In this document: piece by piece, positions 11,602-21,371 of the stretch
How the letters are laid out: each line of letters starts with the position of its first letter
Numbering within the stretch: position 1 is the stretch's first letter
Translations under genes and position numbers: made by a program
The notes under the pieces: generated by a model
What the model saw: only the letters and a program-made list of their open reading frames with translations
Told to the model about the DNA's origin: nothing
Database searches by the model: none
Assembly (NCBI GenBank): GCA_009694475.1
Contig: SHUX01000003.1
Coordinates: 1 to 51,477, forward strand
Length of the DNA stretch: 51,477 nt
Reading direction: 5' to 3'
Source: Thermoleophilia bacterium
Lineage (GTDB): Bacteria > Actinomycetota > Thermoleophilia > Gaiellales > F1-60-MAGs149

Positions 11602-13301
11602 CCGAACTCGACATTCCCTGGATCCGCCCCGAACTGGCCAAGCCCTCCCCGTACCGCTGGCAGGAAGGCATTCCGGACAACGTCGTGGCGCGCTTCGATC
11701 TGAACACGTTGCCGCTCAACCCCTCGTGGTGGCCCGGCATCGCTCGTACGATCGCCGCGCAATCCGTCAGTTCCTACCCCGAGGCCGACTACGCGCCACT
11801 CAAGCGGGCGATCGGAGGCTACCTCGACATCGACCCCGCCTGCGTGGTACCGACGGCCGGTGGCGACGAGGCAATTCTGCTGACTGCTTGGCTGGCCCTC
11901 GGACGCGGTGACCGAGCCGTCGTCGGGCGTCCCACCTACCAACTACACGCCACCAGTGTGCGGATGACGGGCGCGGAGCTAGACCTCGTCGATCCGCTGC
12001 CTGGTCCCACGCTGCGCCTCGACCTCGCGACCATCACAGAGAAGGCCAAGGGTGCGCGTCTGGTCTGGCTGTGCTCGCCGAATAATCCGACGGGCGAGGA
12101 CATTCCCGCCGATACGATCTGTGAGATCGCGGCCAACTGTGACGGGCTCGTCTGCGTCGACCAGGCGTACCTCGAGTTCGGTGGGACGACAGACCACCTT
12201 CCGCTGCTCGCGCAATGCCCGAACCTCGTGATCGTGCGCACGTTCTCTAAGGGCTGGGGCTTGGGTGCTCTGCGCGCTGGCTACGCCATCGCAAGTCCGC
12301 TCGTCGCGGGTGCAATGGATGCGCTGCGTCCGCCCGGCTCCCTCTCCACCGGTTCTGCCCTCGGCGCAGAATTGGCGTGTGCGCATGCCGACACGATGCG
12401 CAACGACGCCGCGCATTACCGTGCCGAGCGTGAGCGCTTCAGTGCCGGCCTACGCGGACTCGGCCTCGAGGTTGTCGGCGAGGCCGCCAACTTCGTACTC
12501 GCTCGAACACCATGGTCAGGTGACGACCTCTTCGAGAAACTCGCTAGCCAAGGGCTCGTCGTGCGCACGTTCGGCCACGAGCCGCTGCTTGCCGACGCCT
12601 TCCGGGCCTGCGTGGCCCTGCCCGCCGACAATGACACGTTGCTCGCCGCGTTGGCGAACCTCTTGAGCAAACCCATCCCGGCAGCCGCAGACCCAACCAC
12701 CGGTGCCAGCACCTTCGGGCGCGGTGCACTGATCGAGCGCCGTACCAAGGAGACCGAGATTCGACTGCGCACCACGCTCGATGGCAGCGGTACTACATCC
12801 GTGACGACGGGCGTGGGCTTTCTCGATCACATGCTGACCGCCCTTGGACATCACTCCCTGATCGACCTGGACCTCACGTGCAGCGGCGATACGCACATCG
12901 ATCTACACCACACAGTCGAGGATTGCGGCATCGTGCTCGGCCAGGCGATCGACGCAGCGCTCGGCGACCGCGCCGGCATCACACGCTTTGGTGACGCTTC
13001 CGCCCCGCTCGACGAGGCGCTTGGTCGGGCGACCGTCGACTTCTCTGGGCGCGGCTCAAGCACAGTGCGCATCGCGTTCCGCGACACGATGATCGGCGCG
13101 CTGCCAACCACTCTGATCCCGCACCTGATCGACTGCATCGCGATCAACGCCCGTGCCACGATCCACGTCGAGGCGACCGGCGAGGACGACCACCACGTCG
13201 CCGAGGCGGCCTTCAAGGCGCTGGCCCGCGCGCTGCGCGAGGCCTGGTCGATCGATCCACGCCGTGGTGCGAAGATCGCGTCGACCAAGGGTTCACTCTG
13301 A
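11598..13301 (+). CDS. hisC-hisB: Fused histidinol-phosphate aminotransferase (HisC) and imidazoleglycerol-phosphate dehydratase (HisB)
   Basis: N-terminal part has LCSPNNPTG, VDQAY and RTFSKGWGLGALRAGY (PLP Lys). C-terminal part has RRTKET, TGVGFLDHML, DLHHTVED, DDHHVAEAAFKA and STKGSL. One uninterrupted 567-aa frame. Confidence 0.92.
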   Translation: MTELDIPWIRPELAKPSPYRWQEGIPDNVVARFDLNTLPLNPSWWPGIARTIAAQSVSSYPEADYAPLKRAIGGYLDIDPACVVPTAGGDEAILLTAWLALGRGDRAVVGRPTYQLHATSVRMTGAELDLVDPLPGPTLRLDLATITEKAKGARLVWLCSPNNPTGEDIPADTICEIAANCDGLVCVDQAYLEFGGTTDHLPLLAQCPNLVIVRTFSKGWGLGALRAGYAIASPLVAGAMDALRPPGSLSTGSALGAELACAHADTMRNDAAHYRAERERFSAGLRGLGLEVVGEAANFVLARTPWSGDDLFEKLASQGLVVRTFGHEPLLADAFRACVALPADNDTLLAALANLLSKPIPAAADPTTGASTFGRGALIERRTKETEIRLRTTLDGSGTTSVTTGVGFLDHMLTALGHHSLIDLDLTCSGDTHIDLHHTVEDCGIVLGQAIDAALGDRAGITRFGDASAPLDEALGRATVDFSGRGSSTVRIAFRDTMIGALPTTLIPHLIDCIAINARATIHVEATGEDDHHVAEAAFKALARALREAWSIDPRRGAKIASTKGSL

Positions 13302-13302
13302 C

Positions 13303-13911
13303 GTGACTGCAGTCACAGTCGTCGACTATGGCGGCGGCAACGTCCGCTCGCTGTGTGCCGCACTGGAACGCTGTGGCGGAGAGGTGACAGTCTCAGCAGA
13401 TCCAGTTGTCATTGCATCCTCGGAGCGCCTGATGCTGGCCGGCCAAGGCGCTGCCGGTGCAGCGATGCGTGCGCTCGCCGCGACAGGCTTGGCTGAGGCG
13501 CTGTGCGACGCCGCCGCGCGCCACGTGCCGCTGCTCGGCGTCTGCGTGGGACTGCAAGTGTTGTTCGAGCGCTCCGAGGAAGACGCCTGCGCCTGCCTCG
13601 GCCTACTGCACGGCTGCGTTCGTCGTATCGAGGGCGCCGAGCGGCTACCGCACCTCGGCTGGAACGACGTCGACGCGATCGTCGAGCACCCCCTGACAGT
13701 CGACCTGCCTGCGATTGCGTACTTCGCACACTCCTACGCCGTCACCGCCGACATCCCCTCGGCGCTCGCCGTCACGCGCATCGATCAGTCCACGATCGCA
13801 TCGATGGTGGCCCGTGGCTCCGTGGCGGGCGCGCAGTTTCACCCCGAACGCTCGTCGGAGGCCGGACGCCGGTTGCTGCGCCGCTTCCTTGCCTGGGACG
13901 GGAGCCGCTGA
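13303..13911 (+). CDS. hisH: Imidazole glycerol phosphate synthase glutaminase subunit
   Basis: VVDYGGGNVRS, LGVCVGLQ, LPHLGWN, YFAHSY and QFHPE motifs. Start trimmed to GTG 13303. Confidence 0.93.
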   Translation: MTAVTVVDYGGGNVRSLCAALERCGGEVTVSADPVVIASSERLMLAGQGAAGAAMRALAATGLAEALCDAAARHVPLLGVCVGLQVLFERSEEDACACLGLLHGCVRRIEGAERLPHLGWNDVDAIVEHPLTVDLPAIAYFAHSYAVTADIPSALAVTRIDQSTIASMVARGSVAGAQFHPERSSEAGRRLLRRFLAWDGSR

Positions 13912-14660
13912 TGCTGCGCCGACGCATCATCCCTTGCCTCGACGTCTCGGGCGGTCGTGTTGTCAAGGGCGTCGAGTTCGTCAACCTGCGCGACTGCGGT
14001 GAGCCGGTCGACGCAGCACTGCGCTACGCCGAGCAGGGCGCCGACGAACTGTGCTGGCTCAACATCACCGCTGGTAACGAGGCTTGGGACGAACTGCTCG
14101 CTCAGGTGGCCGCTGCCGGCACGCGCATCGACGTGCCACTGACGGTCGGCGGTGGTGTGTCCGACGAGCCCCACGTCCGCGACCTGCTTGGCGCGGGCGC
14201 CGACAAGGTGTCGATCAACAGCGCTGCCCTCGATCGACCAGCGCTCGTCGGCGAATGTGCCGAACGCCACGGCTCGCAGTGCATCGTGGTCGCAATCGAC
14301 GCCCGTCGTACGGGCGCCACCTGGGAGGCGGTCGCCTCCGGCGGTCGTCGAGTCACTGGCCGCGACGCCGTCGAATGGGCCAAGGAGGCCGTTGAGCGCG
14401 GCGCCGGCGAACTGCTCGTCACGAGCATGGATTCCGACGGCACGCAGCAGGGCTACGCCCTCGAGCTCTACACCCGTCTGCTCGAAGCCGTCGACGTGCC
14501 AATCATCGCCTCGGGTGGTGCGAGCAGCCCCACCGATATCGCTGACGTGCTCGAACTGGGCGTGTCCGCCGCGCTGGCTGCGAGCATCTTTCATGACGGC
14601 ATTCACACAGTCGAGGAGGTAAAGCACGCATGTCGGGAACGCAACCTACCGATCCGCTGA
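13911..14660 (+). CDS. hisF: Imidazole glycerol phosphate synthase cyclase subunit
   Basis: MLRRRIIPCLDV...RVVKGVEF, PLTVGGG, GADKVSIN and TSMDSDGT motifs. TGATG coupling with hisH. Confidence 0.95.
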   Translation: MLRRRIIPCLDVSGGRVVKGVEFVNLRDCGEPVDAALRYAEQGADELCWLNITAGNEAWDELLAQVAAAGTRIDVPLTVGGGVSDEPHVRDLLGAGADKVSINSAALDRPALVGECAERHGSQCIVVAIDARRTGATWEAVASGGRRVTGRDAVEWAKEAVERGAGELLVTSMDSDGTQQGYALELYTRLLEAVDVPIIASGGASSPTDIADVLELGVSAALAASIFHDGIHTVEEVKHACRERNLPIR

Positions 14661-15274
14661 CAATTACGGGCGAACCCCGTTTCGACGAGCACGGACTGAT
14701 CCCCGCGATCTGCCAGGATGCGGTCGGCGGCTCGGTGCTGATGCTGGCCTGGATGAACACTGCTGCGCTCGACCGTACGCTGACCACGCGACACGCATGG
14801 TTCTGGTCGCGTTCGCGCCAGGAACTGTGGAAAAAGGGCGCTACCAGTGGCAATGTGCTGACCGTCAACGACGTGCAACTCGACTGCGATCAGGACGCGA
14901 TACTGCTCATGGTCTCCCCCGCTGGCCCTGCCTGCCACCTCGGCACAGACACGTGCTGGGGCGACGACTCCGGCCCTCTACTGACGCGTCTTACCGCAAC
15001 CATCGAGGCTCGCCGCGGTGCCGACCCGGAGACCTCGTACGTGGCGCGACTGCTCGGCTCCGACCGCTCACTGGCGGCCGGCAAGGTGGCCGAGGAGTCG
15101 GCCGAGTTGCTCGACGCGGCGCCGGGTTCCGACCACCAGGTCGAAGAGGCTGCCGACGTGCTTTTCCACCTGCTCGCACTGCTGGCCCGCGATGGTGTCG
15201 ATCCCTTGCGCGTGCTCGACGTGCTGGCGCAACGCGAGGGCTTACCGCCACGCTGGCTGCGAAACGCCACATGA
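14630..15274 (+). CDS. hisIE: Bifunctional phosphoribosyl-AMP cyclohydrolase / phosphoribosyl-ATP pyrophosphatase
   Basis: FWSRSRQELWKKGATSGN, DCDQDAIL and GPACHLG, followed by SYVARL...KVAEE...EAADVLFH. Confidence 0.92.
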   Translation: MSGTQPTDPLTITGEPRFDEHGLIPAICQDAVGGSVLMLAWMNTAALDRTLTTRHAWFWSRSRQELWKKGATSGNVLTVNDVQLDCDQDAILLMVSPAGPACHLGTDTCWGDDSGPLLTRLTATIEARRGADPETSYVARLLGSDRSLAAGKVAEESAELLDAAPGSDHQVEEAADVLFHLLALLARDGVDPLRVLDVLAQREGLPPRWLRNAT

Positions 15275-15990
15275 TTGAGAGCGCAGACGCGTACGCCTCA
15301 ATCGCCGAGATCTACGACGCCTGGTGCCTCGAGGTGCAGGAAGACATCGGCTTCTACGTCGGCATGGCGCTCGGCACCGAGACCAAGGTGGTCGAGCTCG
15401 CCGCCGGCACGGGTCGTATTGCGATTCCGCTCGCCGAATCGGGCTACGACGTCGTTGCAGTCGATCGCTCCCAGGCGATGCTCGGGCTGCTGACGGGGAA
15501 GGCCGCAGCGGCTGGCGTGTCCAACCGCATCGACGCTCGCCTTGGCGACCTCACCAGGCCAGGGATTGACGGTCTCTACGATCGGGTCGTAGTCCCCTTC
15601 CGAAGCCTCTTACATCTGGGCAATGACGAGGAACGGCTTGGGGCGCTGCGCGCAGCCCGCGCGCTCTTGACCGATCAGGGATACCTCGCCTTCGATGTCT
15701 TTAGTCCAACACCAGACGACGTCCAGTGCACCCAAGGCGTCTGGTGCAGCCGCGAGTCGGGCGCCCGGGAGCGGGCCGACTGGTATCGCGCCGACGGCAC
15801 GACGCAGATCGAGGTCGAGATGCGCGGACGCACTACCACCCTCGTCCTCCACCCACTGCCGGCGGCGCGCTGGCTCGAACTCGTAGAGCAGGCGGGCTTC
15901 GAAGTCCTGACGGCCTGGGGTGATTTTAACGGCGCCAAGGTGCGTGGCGATGGGACCGGAGACCTCGTGGTTGTTGCCCAGCCGGTCTAG
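15271..15990 (+). CDS. Class I SAM-dependent methyltransferase
   Basis: VVELAAGTGRIA motif I, then VAVDRS. ATGA overlap with the hisIE stop. Confidence 0.85.
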   Translation: MIESADAYASIAEIYDAWCLEVQEDIGFYVGMALGTETKVVELAAGTGRIAIPLAESGYDVVAVDRSQAMLGLLTGKAAAAGVSNRIDARLGDLTRPGIDGLYDRVVVPFRSLLHLGNDEERLGALRAARALLTDQGYLAFDVFSPTPDDVQCTQGVWCSRESGARERADWYRADGTTQIEVEMRGRTTTLVLHPLPAARWLELVEQAGFEVLTAWGDFNGAKVRGDGTGDLVVVAQPV

Positions 15991-16997
15991 CCGCAGATAG
16001 CAGCAATCAACGCGTCGACATCAGCCGGCGTCGTGTCCCACGCCGTCATCAGACGCGCAACATTGTTCGTCGCATCCCAGATGTAAAATTGGTGCTGTTC
16101 GGAGAGTGCCACGATGCGCTCGAGGGGTAAGACCGCAAAGACGGCATTCGCCTCGACCGGGTGGACGATCGAGACACCAGCCGCATCACTAATACCGACG
16201 GCAAGACGCAGCGCCATCGCATTGGCATGGGTCGCGTGCGCCAACCAACGATCGTCGGTCAGCAGGGCCGTCACCTGCACGGCAACGAAGCGTAGTTTCG
16301 ACTGGAGTTGCGTGGCCTGCTTGCGTGCGTTCTGGATCGGTGCTCGCAGGGTCGGATTGATCGCGACGACGACCTCGGCACCCATCGCACCATTCTTGGT
16401 CAGACCGAACGAGATGATGTCGGCGCCGGACGCGACCTCCGCTAGCCCACAGCCGTGATGTGCGGCGGCGTTGCAAAGCCGCGCGCCATCGACGTGTAGG
16501 AGCATGTCATGGGCGTGCGCCCAGTCCGCGAGCTCTTGCACCGCAGCCGGTGCGTAGGCCGTGCCGCACTCCGTGGACTGCGTGATACTGACGACACGCT
16601 GGACGACGTGGTGCTGCTCGTTCGAGCGCAACGCGCCCTCGAGTAGTTGCGGTGTGAGACGTCCGTCGGGTGTCGCGATTGTCTCGATCTTGGAACCGGT
16701 GATGTGTTCGGGTGCGCCGGCCTCATCGAGGTCGATATGGGCACCCCGGGCGGTCAGGACCGACTCCCACCCGCGCAATGCGAGCGATAGCGCCACGACG
16801 TTCGAGCCTGTGCCCGTCAGACAGAGCGCGTAGGCTGCATCGCCGAATGTCTCACCAAGCACGGCCTCCGCGCGGACTGTCCACTCGTCGGCGCCATAGC
16901 CCAAGGCGTGTCCAACGTTGGCCTCTGCGATCGCCGCAAGGACCTCGGGCACGATCCCAGCGTGGTTGTCGCTGCCAAATGTCATCTGCGTGCTCAT
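15987..16997 (-). CDS. ltaE: Low-specificity L-threonine aldolase
   Basis: FGSDNHAG, TGTGSN, SITQSTECG, LHVDGARL and SFGLTKNG motifs. ATGA overlap with the upstream gene. Confidence 0.9.
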   Translation of the reverse strand: MSTQMTFGSDNHAGIVPEVLAAIAEANVGHALGYGADEWTVRAEAVLGETFGDAAYALCLTGTGSNVVALSLALRGWESVLTARGAHIDLDEAGAPEHITGSKIETIATPDGRLTPQLLEGALRSNEQHHVVQRVVSITQSTECGTAYAPAAVQELADWAHAHDMLLHVDGARLCNAAAHHGCGLAEVASGADIISFGLTKNGAMGAEVVVAINPTLRAPIQNARKQATQLQSKLRFVAVQVTALLTDDRWLAHATHANAMALRLAVGISDAAGVSIVHPVEANAVFAVLPLERIVALSEQHQFYIWDATNNVARLMTAWDTTPADVDALIAAICG

Positions 16998-17740
16998 CGG
17001 TTGCACCGATAGGCGAGCGCCAACGCAATCGCACCAGCGGCCGCGACGTTAAGCGACTCTGCCTTGTCGGATTGCGGAATCCGACAGATCGCCTCTGCGC
17101 GCTTACGTACCGTGTGCGGCAAACCGTCTCGTTCGGCACCAAGTGCGATCAGGACCGGTCCGGAGAGGTCGACATCATTGAGATCCGTCTCGCCGGCGCC
17201 ATCAAGCGCCACTAAGCGCGCCTCGGGATAGGCGAGAGCGGGATCGTCCAGCGTGAGTGTCGGCACAAAGAAGGTAGCCCCCATCCCGGCTCGCACGGCC
17301 TTCGGACTGGTCGGATCGGCGGCAGGAGCACCCAAGACCACAACCTCGGTCGCAAAGGCCGCAGCCGAGCGCAGTAGCGTGCCGACGTTGCCCGGGTCGC
17401 CGACGCCACAGAGTGCGAGCGCAACGCCCGCCAGCGTTGTCGGCGGCGTGGGTAGCGACTCGCGCCGCACCACTGCGATCACGCGCGAGCCAGAGCGCAC
17501 GGCCGAGAGCGTGGCGAGAATCTCGGCCTGAACGACCAACGGCACGATGCCGACGATATGTGGGGGCACGAAATCCTCGCTGACGAGGAGATCTTCAAAT
17601 TGTGCGCCCGCGCGGATTGCAGCGTCGACGAGATCCTCTCCCTCGACCACGAAGACGCCGCTATCGCGACGTTCCGTCGTTCGTTGCAGCGCACGGACGC
17701 GCTGCAACCGAGGGTTCCGCGTTGTGCGGATCGGTTCCAC
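16994..17740 (-). CDS. TrmH/SpoU-family RNA methyltransferase
   Basis: FVVEG, DPGNVGTLLRSAAAF, LGAERDGL and ESLNVAAA motifs. Usual position after rplT. Confidence 0.92.
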   Translation of the reverse strand: MEPIRTTRNPRLQRVRALQRTTERRDSGVFVVEGEDLVDAAIRAGAQFEDLLVSEDFVPPHIVGIVPLVVQAEILATLSAVRSGSRVIAVVRRESLPTPPTTLAGVALALCGVGDPGNVGTLLRSAAAFATEVVVLGAPAADPTSPKAVRAGMGATFFVPTLTLDDPALAYPEARLVALDGAGETDLNDVDLSGPVLIALGAERDGLPHTVRKRAEAICRIPQSDKAESLNVAAAGAIALALAYRCNR

Positions 17741-17751
17741 GAACGTGTGCT

Positions 17752-18111
17752 CTACGCGACGAGTGCGGACTTAGCGCGCTCGGCAAGGCTACCGAAGGCG
17801 TCGGGCTCATTCATTGCGAGGTCGGCAAGGATCTTGCGATCTGCAGTCACGCCGGCCAGTTTGAGACCGTGCATAAACTGCGAGTACGAGAGATCGTGCT
17901 GCCGGGCGCCCGCATTGATACGAACAATCCAGAGCGAGCGGAAATCGCGCTTGCGCACGCGACGATCACGGTACGCATAATTGCCGGAGCGCTGAACCTG
18001 CTCCTTAGCTCGACGATAGAGCTTCGACTTGAGACCCCAATACCCGGAGGCCTCGGCAAGTACTTTGCGGCGCTTCTTATTGGCGCTTACGGATCGCTTA
18101 ACGCGGGTCAT
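17752..18111 (-). CDS. rplT: 50S ribosomal protein L20
   Basis: MTRVKR...[24 protein letters not shown]. Confidence 0.98.
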   Translation of the reverse strand: MTRVKRSVSANKKRRKVLAEASGYWGLKSKLYRRAKEQVQRSGNYAYRDRRVRKRDFRSLWIVRINAGARQHDLSYSQFMHGLKLAGVTADRKILADLAMNEPDAFGSLAERAKSALVA

Positions 18112-18120
18112 GCCGGAACC

Positions 18121-18318
18121 TTATCGCTTTCCGAGGAGGCGAAGCGCCTCTTTGTAATCGGACTTCGCCATCGGCTGGTCCTGACTGAGCTTACGGCGGC
18201 GCTTAGCGGACATCTTGCCTCGCAAGTGAGCCTCCATCGCCTGGCGGCGCATGATGGTGCCCTTGCTGGACACCTTCATCCGCTTCTTCGCGCTCGAATT
18301 GGTTTTCATCTTCGGCAT
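18121..18318 (-). CDS. rpmI: 50S ribosomal protein L35
   Basis: MPKMKTNSSAKKR...; synteny infC-rpmI-rplT. Confidence 0.97.
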   Translation of the reverse strand: MPKMKTNSSAKKRMKVSSKGTIMRRQAMEAHLRGKMSAKRRRKLSQDQPMAKSDYKEALRLLGKR

Positions 18319-18334
18319 GGTGGTCCTTCGTTTT

Positions 18335-19297
18335 CTACGACTTCTTCGGCGCCCTGGTGGGCTTCGCGGCCGGAGCCGTTGTTGCCTTGGCAGCCGGAGC
18401 CGCCTTGGTCTTAGCAGCCGGAGCTGCTTTCGTCTTCACAGCCGGAGCTGTTTTTGCCTTGGCTGCCGGAGCCGCCTTGGCCTTTGCGACCGGAGCCGCC
18501 TTCGGCTTGGCAGCAGGGGCCGCCTTTGCCTTCACAGCCGAAGCTGCTTTTACCTCAGCAACCGGGGCTGCTTCCTGCTCAGCGACCGGAGCCGCTGGTT
18601 CCGCAACGGCCGGAGCCGCCTCTTGTCCGGATTCGGCGGCCACAGCCGCTGCCTCCAGCGCCGCTGCAACCAAGGCTGCATCAGCGTCGATCACCGCCAG
18701 CGGTGCCTTAGCGGCACCGCTGCCGGCCGACTCAGCGTTCTCCTCCTTGAGAAGTTGCTTCGACGGAGCCAACATCATGACCATATTTCGTCCATCTTGT
18801 AGCGGTTCCGACTCGACGACCGCAAGTTCCTTCAGATCCTCGGCTAGGCGCAGCAGCAAATCACGGCCTCGTTCAGGGTGCGTCATCTCGCGCCCACGGA
18901 ACATAATCGTCACTTTGACCTTGTCGTGGTTCTTCAAGAACCGCACAACATGGCCTTTTTTGGTCTCGTAATCGTGTGCGCCGACCTTCGGGCGCAGCTT
19001 GATCTCCTTGATCACGATCACGTTCTGGTGCTTGCGCGCCAGCTTGGCCTTCTGTTCCTGTTCGTACTTGTACTTCGAGTAGTCCATCACGCGACAGACA
19101 GGCGGACGCGCGTCAGCGGCGACTTCGACAAGATCAAGGTTGAGATCCCACGCGTATTCCAACGCGTCGTCTCGGTCCTTCAGACCAATTTGCTCACCAT
19201 CTGCGCCGATCAGGCGCACCTGCGGGACACGGATCGCTTCATTGATGCGGGTCCGCGGCTCTTCCGGGGGACGGTCGAATCCGCGACGTGGTCTCAA
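18335..19297 (-). CDS. infC: Translation initiation factor IF-3 with a long Ala/Lys/Pro-rich C-terminal extension
   Basis: RINEAIR.PQVRLI, DLVEVA..ARPPVC..MDYSKYKYE, KEIKLRP and KVKVTIMFRGRE motifs. Start inferred at TTG 19297 (GGAG 8 nt upstream); the exact start is uncertain. Confidence 0.95.
   Translation of the reverse strand: MRPRRGFDRPPEEPRTRINEAIRVPQVRLIGADGEQIGLKDRDDALEYAWDLNLDLVEVAADARPPVCRVMDYSKYKYEQEQKAKLARKHQNVIVIKEIKLRPKVGAHDYETKKGHVVRFLKNHDKVKVTIMFRGREMTHPERGRDLLLRLAEDLKELAVVESEPLQDGRNMVMMLAPSKQLLKEENAESAGSGAAKAPLAVIDADAALVAAALEAAAVAAESGQEAAPAVAEPAAPVAEQEAAPVAEVKAASAVKAKAAPAAKPKAAPVAKAKAAPAAKAKTAPAVKTKAAPAAKTKAAPAAKATTAPAAKPTRAPKKS
18357..18620 (-). repeat. Degenerate 24-nt tandem repeat (about 11 units) encoding 8-aa AAP(A/V)xKxK-type repeats in the IF-3 tail
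   Basis: (G/A)CCGGAGCyG-like units recur every 24 nt from 18369 to 18609 on the + strand. Confidence 0.9.
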
Positions 19298-19422
19298 GAC
19301 TGCTGCTCCGTGCGCAAGGGTGGTGTGCTCCGTTCGATGGTTGTAGAGGGACGGTCGTTCACGACTGCCCAACGCGGGCGATGGTAGCACGCGTTAGCCC
19401 TTTGCCGACCACGCTAGGTAGA

Positions 19423-21336
19423 TCAGGCGCCAAAGATCACACGACTGTCGCGCTCGGTTACGAGTGCGTCGATCACACCATCGAGCGGCAGCGTGCCTAG
19501 GTCGATGCGTCCGTGGCGACGAACCGCCACCGCCCCAATCTCCGCTTCGCGGTCACCGATCACAAGCATGGCTGGAACTTTTTGCGTCTCCGCCTCGGCG
19601 ATGCGCTTACTGATCGATTCGCTGCGCGCATCGACCTGCGTGCGAATGCCGGCGGCCTGCAAAGCGTCTCGCGCCAACTCGGCCGCCGACCCGTGGCGGT
19701 CAGAGATCGGCAGAATCACGGCTTGGACAGGTGCGAGCCAGAGCGGGAAGGCACCGGCGTAGTGCTCAATCAAAATGCCAATGAAGCGCTCGAAACTCCC
19801 GAGTAGTGCGCGATGGATCATCACTGGACGATGGTCGTGGTCGTCGGCACCCGTGTAGGTCAGGTCGAAGCGCTCAGGCAGGTTGAAATCGAGTTGCACC
19901 GTGCCGCATTGCCAGGAACGACCAAGCGAGTCGGTCAGGTGAATGTCGACTTTCGGCCCGTAAAAGGCGCCGTCGCCCTCGTTCACGCGATAGTCGATGC
20001 CGCGCGCCTGCAACACGCGATGCAGCGACTCCTCGGCCTTGTCCCAGATTGCGTCGTCCCCCACCCGCACCTCGGGTCGCGTTGACAGCTCGATTTTGAA
20101 GTTCATCGCGAACAGCTCGTAGAGGTCGAGTGCAAAGCCGAGCACGTTCTGGACCTCCTCCTCGATCTGGTCGGTGGTCACGAACAGGTGCGCATCATCT
20201 TGGGTGATGTGCCGCACGCGCATCAGACCGTGCAGGGTGCCAGATGGCTCGTGCCGATGGACGAGACCAACCTCGTTCATCCGCAACGGCAACTCGCGAT
20301 ACGAGCGGCGCTGGCTCTTGAAGATCAGGCAGTGCGCAGGGCAGTTCATCGGCTTCATACCGAAGGCACGCTCTTCGATCTCGAGCAGGTACATGTTCTC
20401 GCGGAACTTCTCCCAGTGACCCGAGGTCTTCCAGAGGTCGGAGGCATACAGAATCGGCGTCTTGACCTCTTGGTAGCCGCGCGCATTGTTCTCGCCGCGC
20501 CACATGTCGACCAGCGTGTTCCAGATGACCATGCCCTTGGGGTGCCAGAACGGGCCACCAGGCGAGGCGTCGTTGAAGGAGAAGAGATCGAGCTCGCGGC
20601 CGAGCCGGCGATGGTCGCGCTTCTGGGCCTCCTCGATGTTGTGCAGGTGCAGTTCGAGGTCTTCCTGCGTGAAGAACGCTGTGCCGTAGACCCGCGTCAG
20701 CATCGTGCGGGTCGAGTCGCCACGCCAGTAGGCACCGGCCAGATGCGTCAACTTGAAGGCCTTGATTGGACCCGTGTCCTGCAGGTGAGGGCCGCGGCAG
20801 AGGTCGCAGAAGTCGTCTTGCGTGTACGTCGTCAGTGGCTCGTCGACAGGAAGATCGTCGATCAACTCGACCTTGTATTGCTCGTCCTCATCGACGAAGC
20901 GCTGACGCACCGTCTCGCGGTCGATCGTGGCGCGCTCGAAGGCGTGCTTTTGCTTGAGGATGCGACGCATCTCGTTTTCGAGCCGTTCGAGGTCGGCCTC
21001 GCCGATCGGCTCAGGAAAATCGAAGTCGTAATAGAAGCCGTTATCGATCGGCGGTCCAATCGAGATCTTGACGCCCGGAAAGACGTGCCGCGCGGCCTCG
21101 GCCAGCACGTGGGCTGTGGAGTGCCGCAAAATCGGCAAGGCCTCTTCATCCCCAACGCGCAGAATCTTGACGGTCGCACCGTCCGTCAAGGGCAGGCGTA
21201 GATCCTGCACCTGACCATCGACCTCGATTGCGGCCGTGACCTTGGCGAGGCGATCGCCGATGGCGCGTGCGCAATCCAGACCAGTTGCGCCGTCCTCGAG
21301 TTCGAGTTCCGTGCCGTCGGGGAGATGAACCTTCAC
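19423..21336 (-). CDS. thrS: Threonine--tRNA ligase
   Basis: TGS domain; RHSTAHVLA, DLCRGPH, AGAYWRG, KRDHRRLG, KPMNCP, HRALLGSFERF and PLWLAP motifs. Confidence 0.98.
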   Translation of the reverse strand: MKVHLPDGTELELEDGATGLDCARAIGDRLAKVTAAIEVDGQVQDLRLPLTDGATVKILRVGDEEALPILRHSTAHVLAEAARHVFPGVKISIGPPIDNGFYYDFDFPEPIGEADLERLENEMRRILKQKHAFERATIDRETVRQRFVDEDEQYKVELIDDLPVDEPLTTYTQDDFCDLCRGPHLQDTGPIKAFKLTHLAGAYWRGDSTRTMLTRVYGTAFFTQEDLELHLHNIEEAQKRDHRRLGRELDLFSFNDASPGGPFWHPKGMVIWNTLVDMWRGENNARGYQEVKTPILYASDLWKTSGHWEKFRENMYLLEIEERAFGMKPMNCPAHCLIFKSQRRSYRELPLRMNEVGLVHRHEPSGTLHGLMRVRHITQDDAHLFVTTDQIEEEVQNVLGFALDLYELFAMNFKIELSTRPEVRVGDDAIWDKAEESLHRVLQARGIDYRVNEGDGAFYGPKVDIHLTDSLGRSWQCGTVQLDFNLPERFDLTYTGADDHDHRPVMIHRALLGSFERFIGILIEHYAGAFPLWLAPVQAVILPISDRHGSAAELARDALQAAGIRTQVDARSESISKRIAEAETQKVPAMLVIGDREAEIGAVAVRRHGRIDLGTLPLDGVIDALVTERDSRVIFGA

Positions 21337-21371
21337 AGGCAGAGGCTACCAAGCAGGCTCAGCACGCCTCG

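Noticed and set aside
18357-18620. CRISPR array
   Set aside because: The units are contiguous, degenerate, in-frame coding repeats with no unique spacers, and no cas genes are present.
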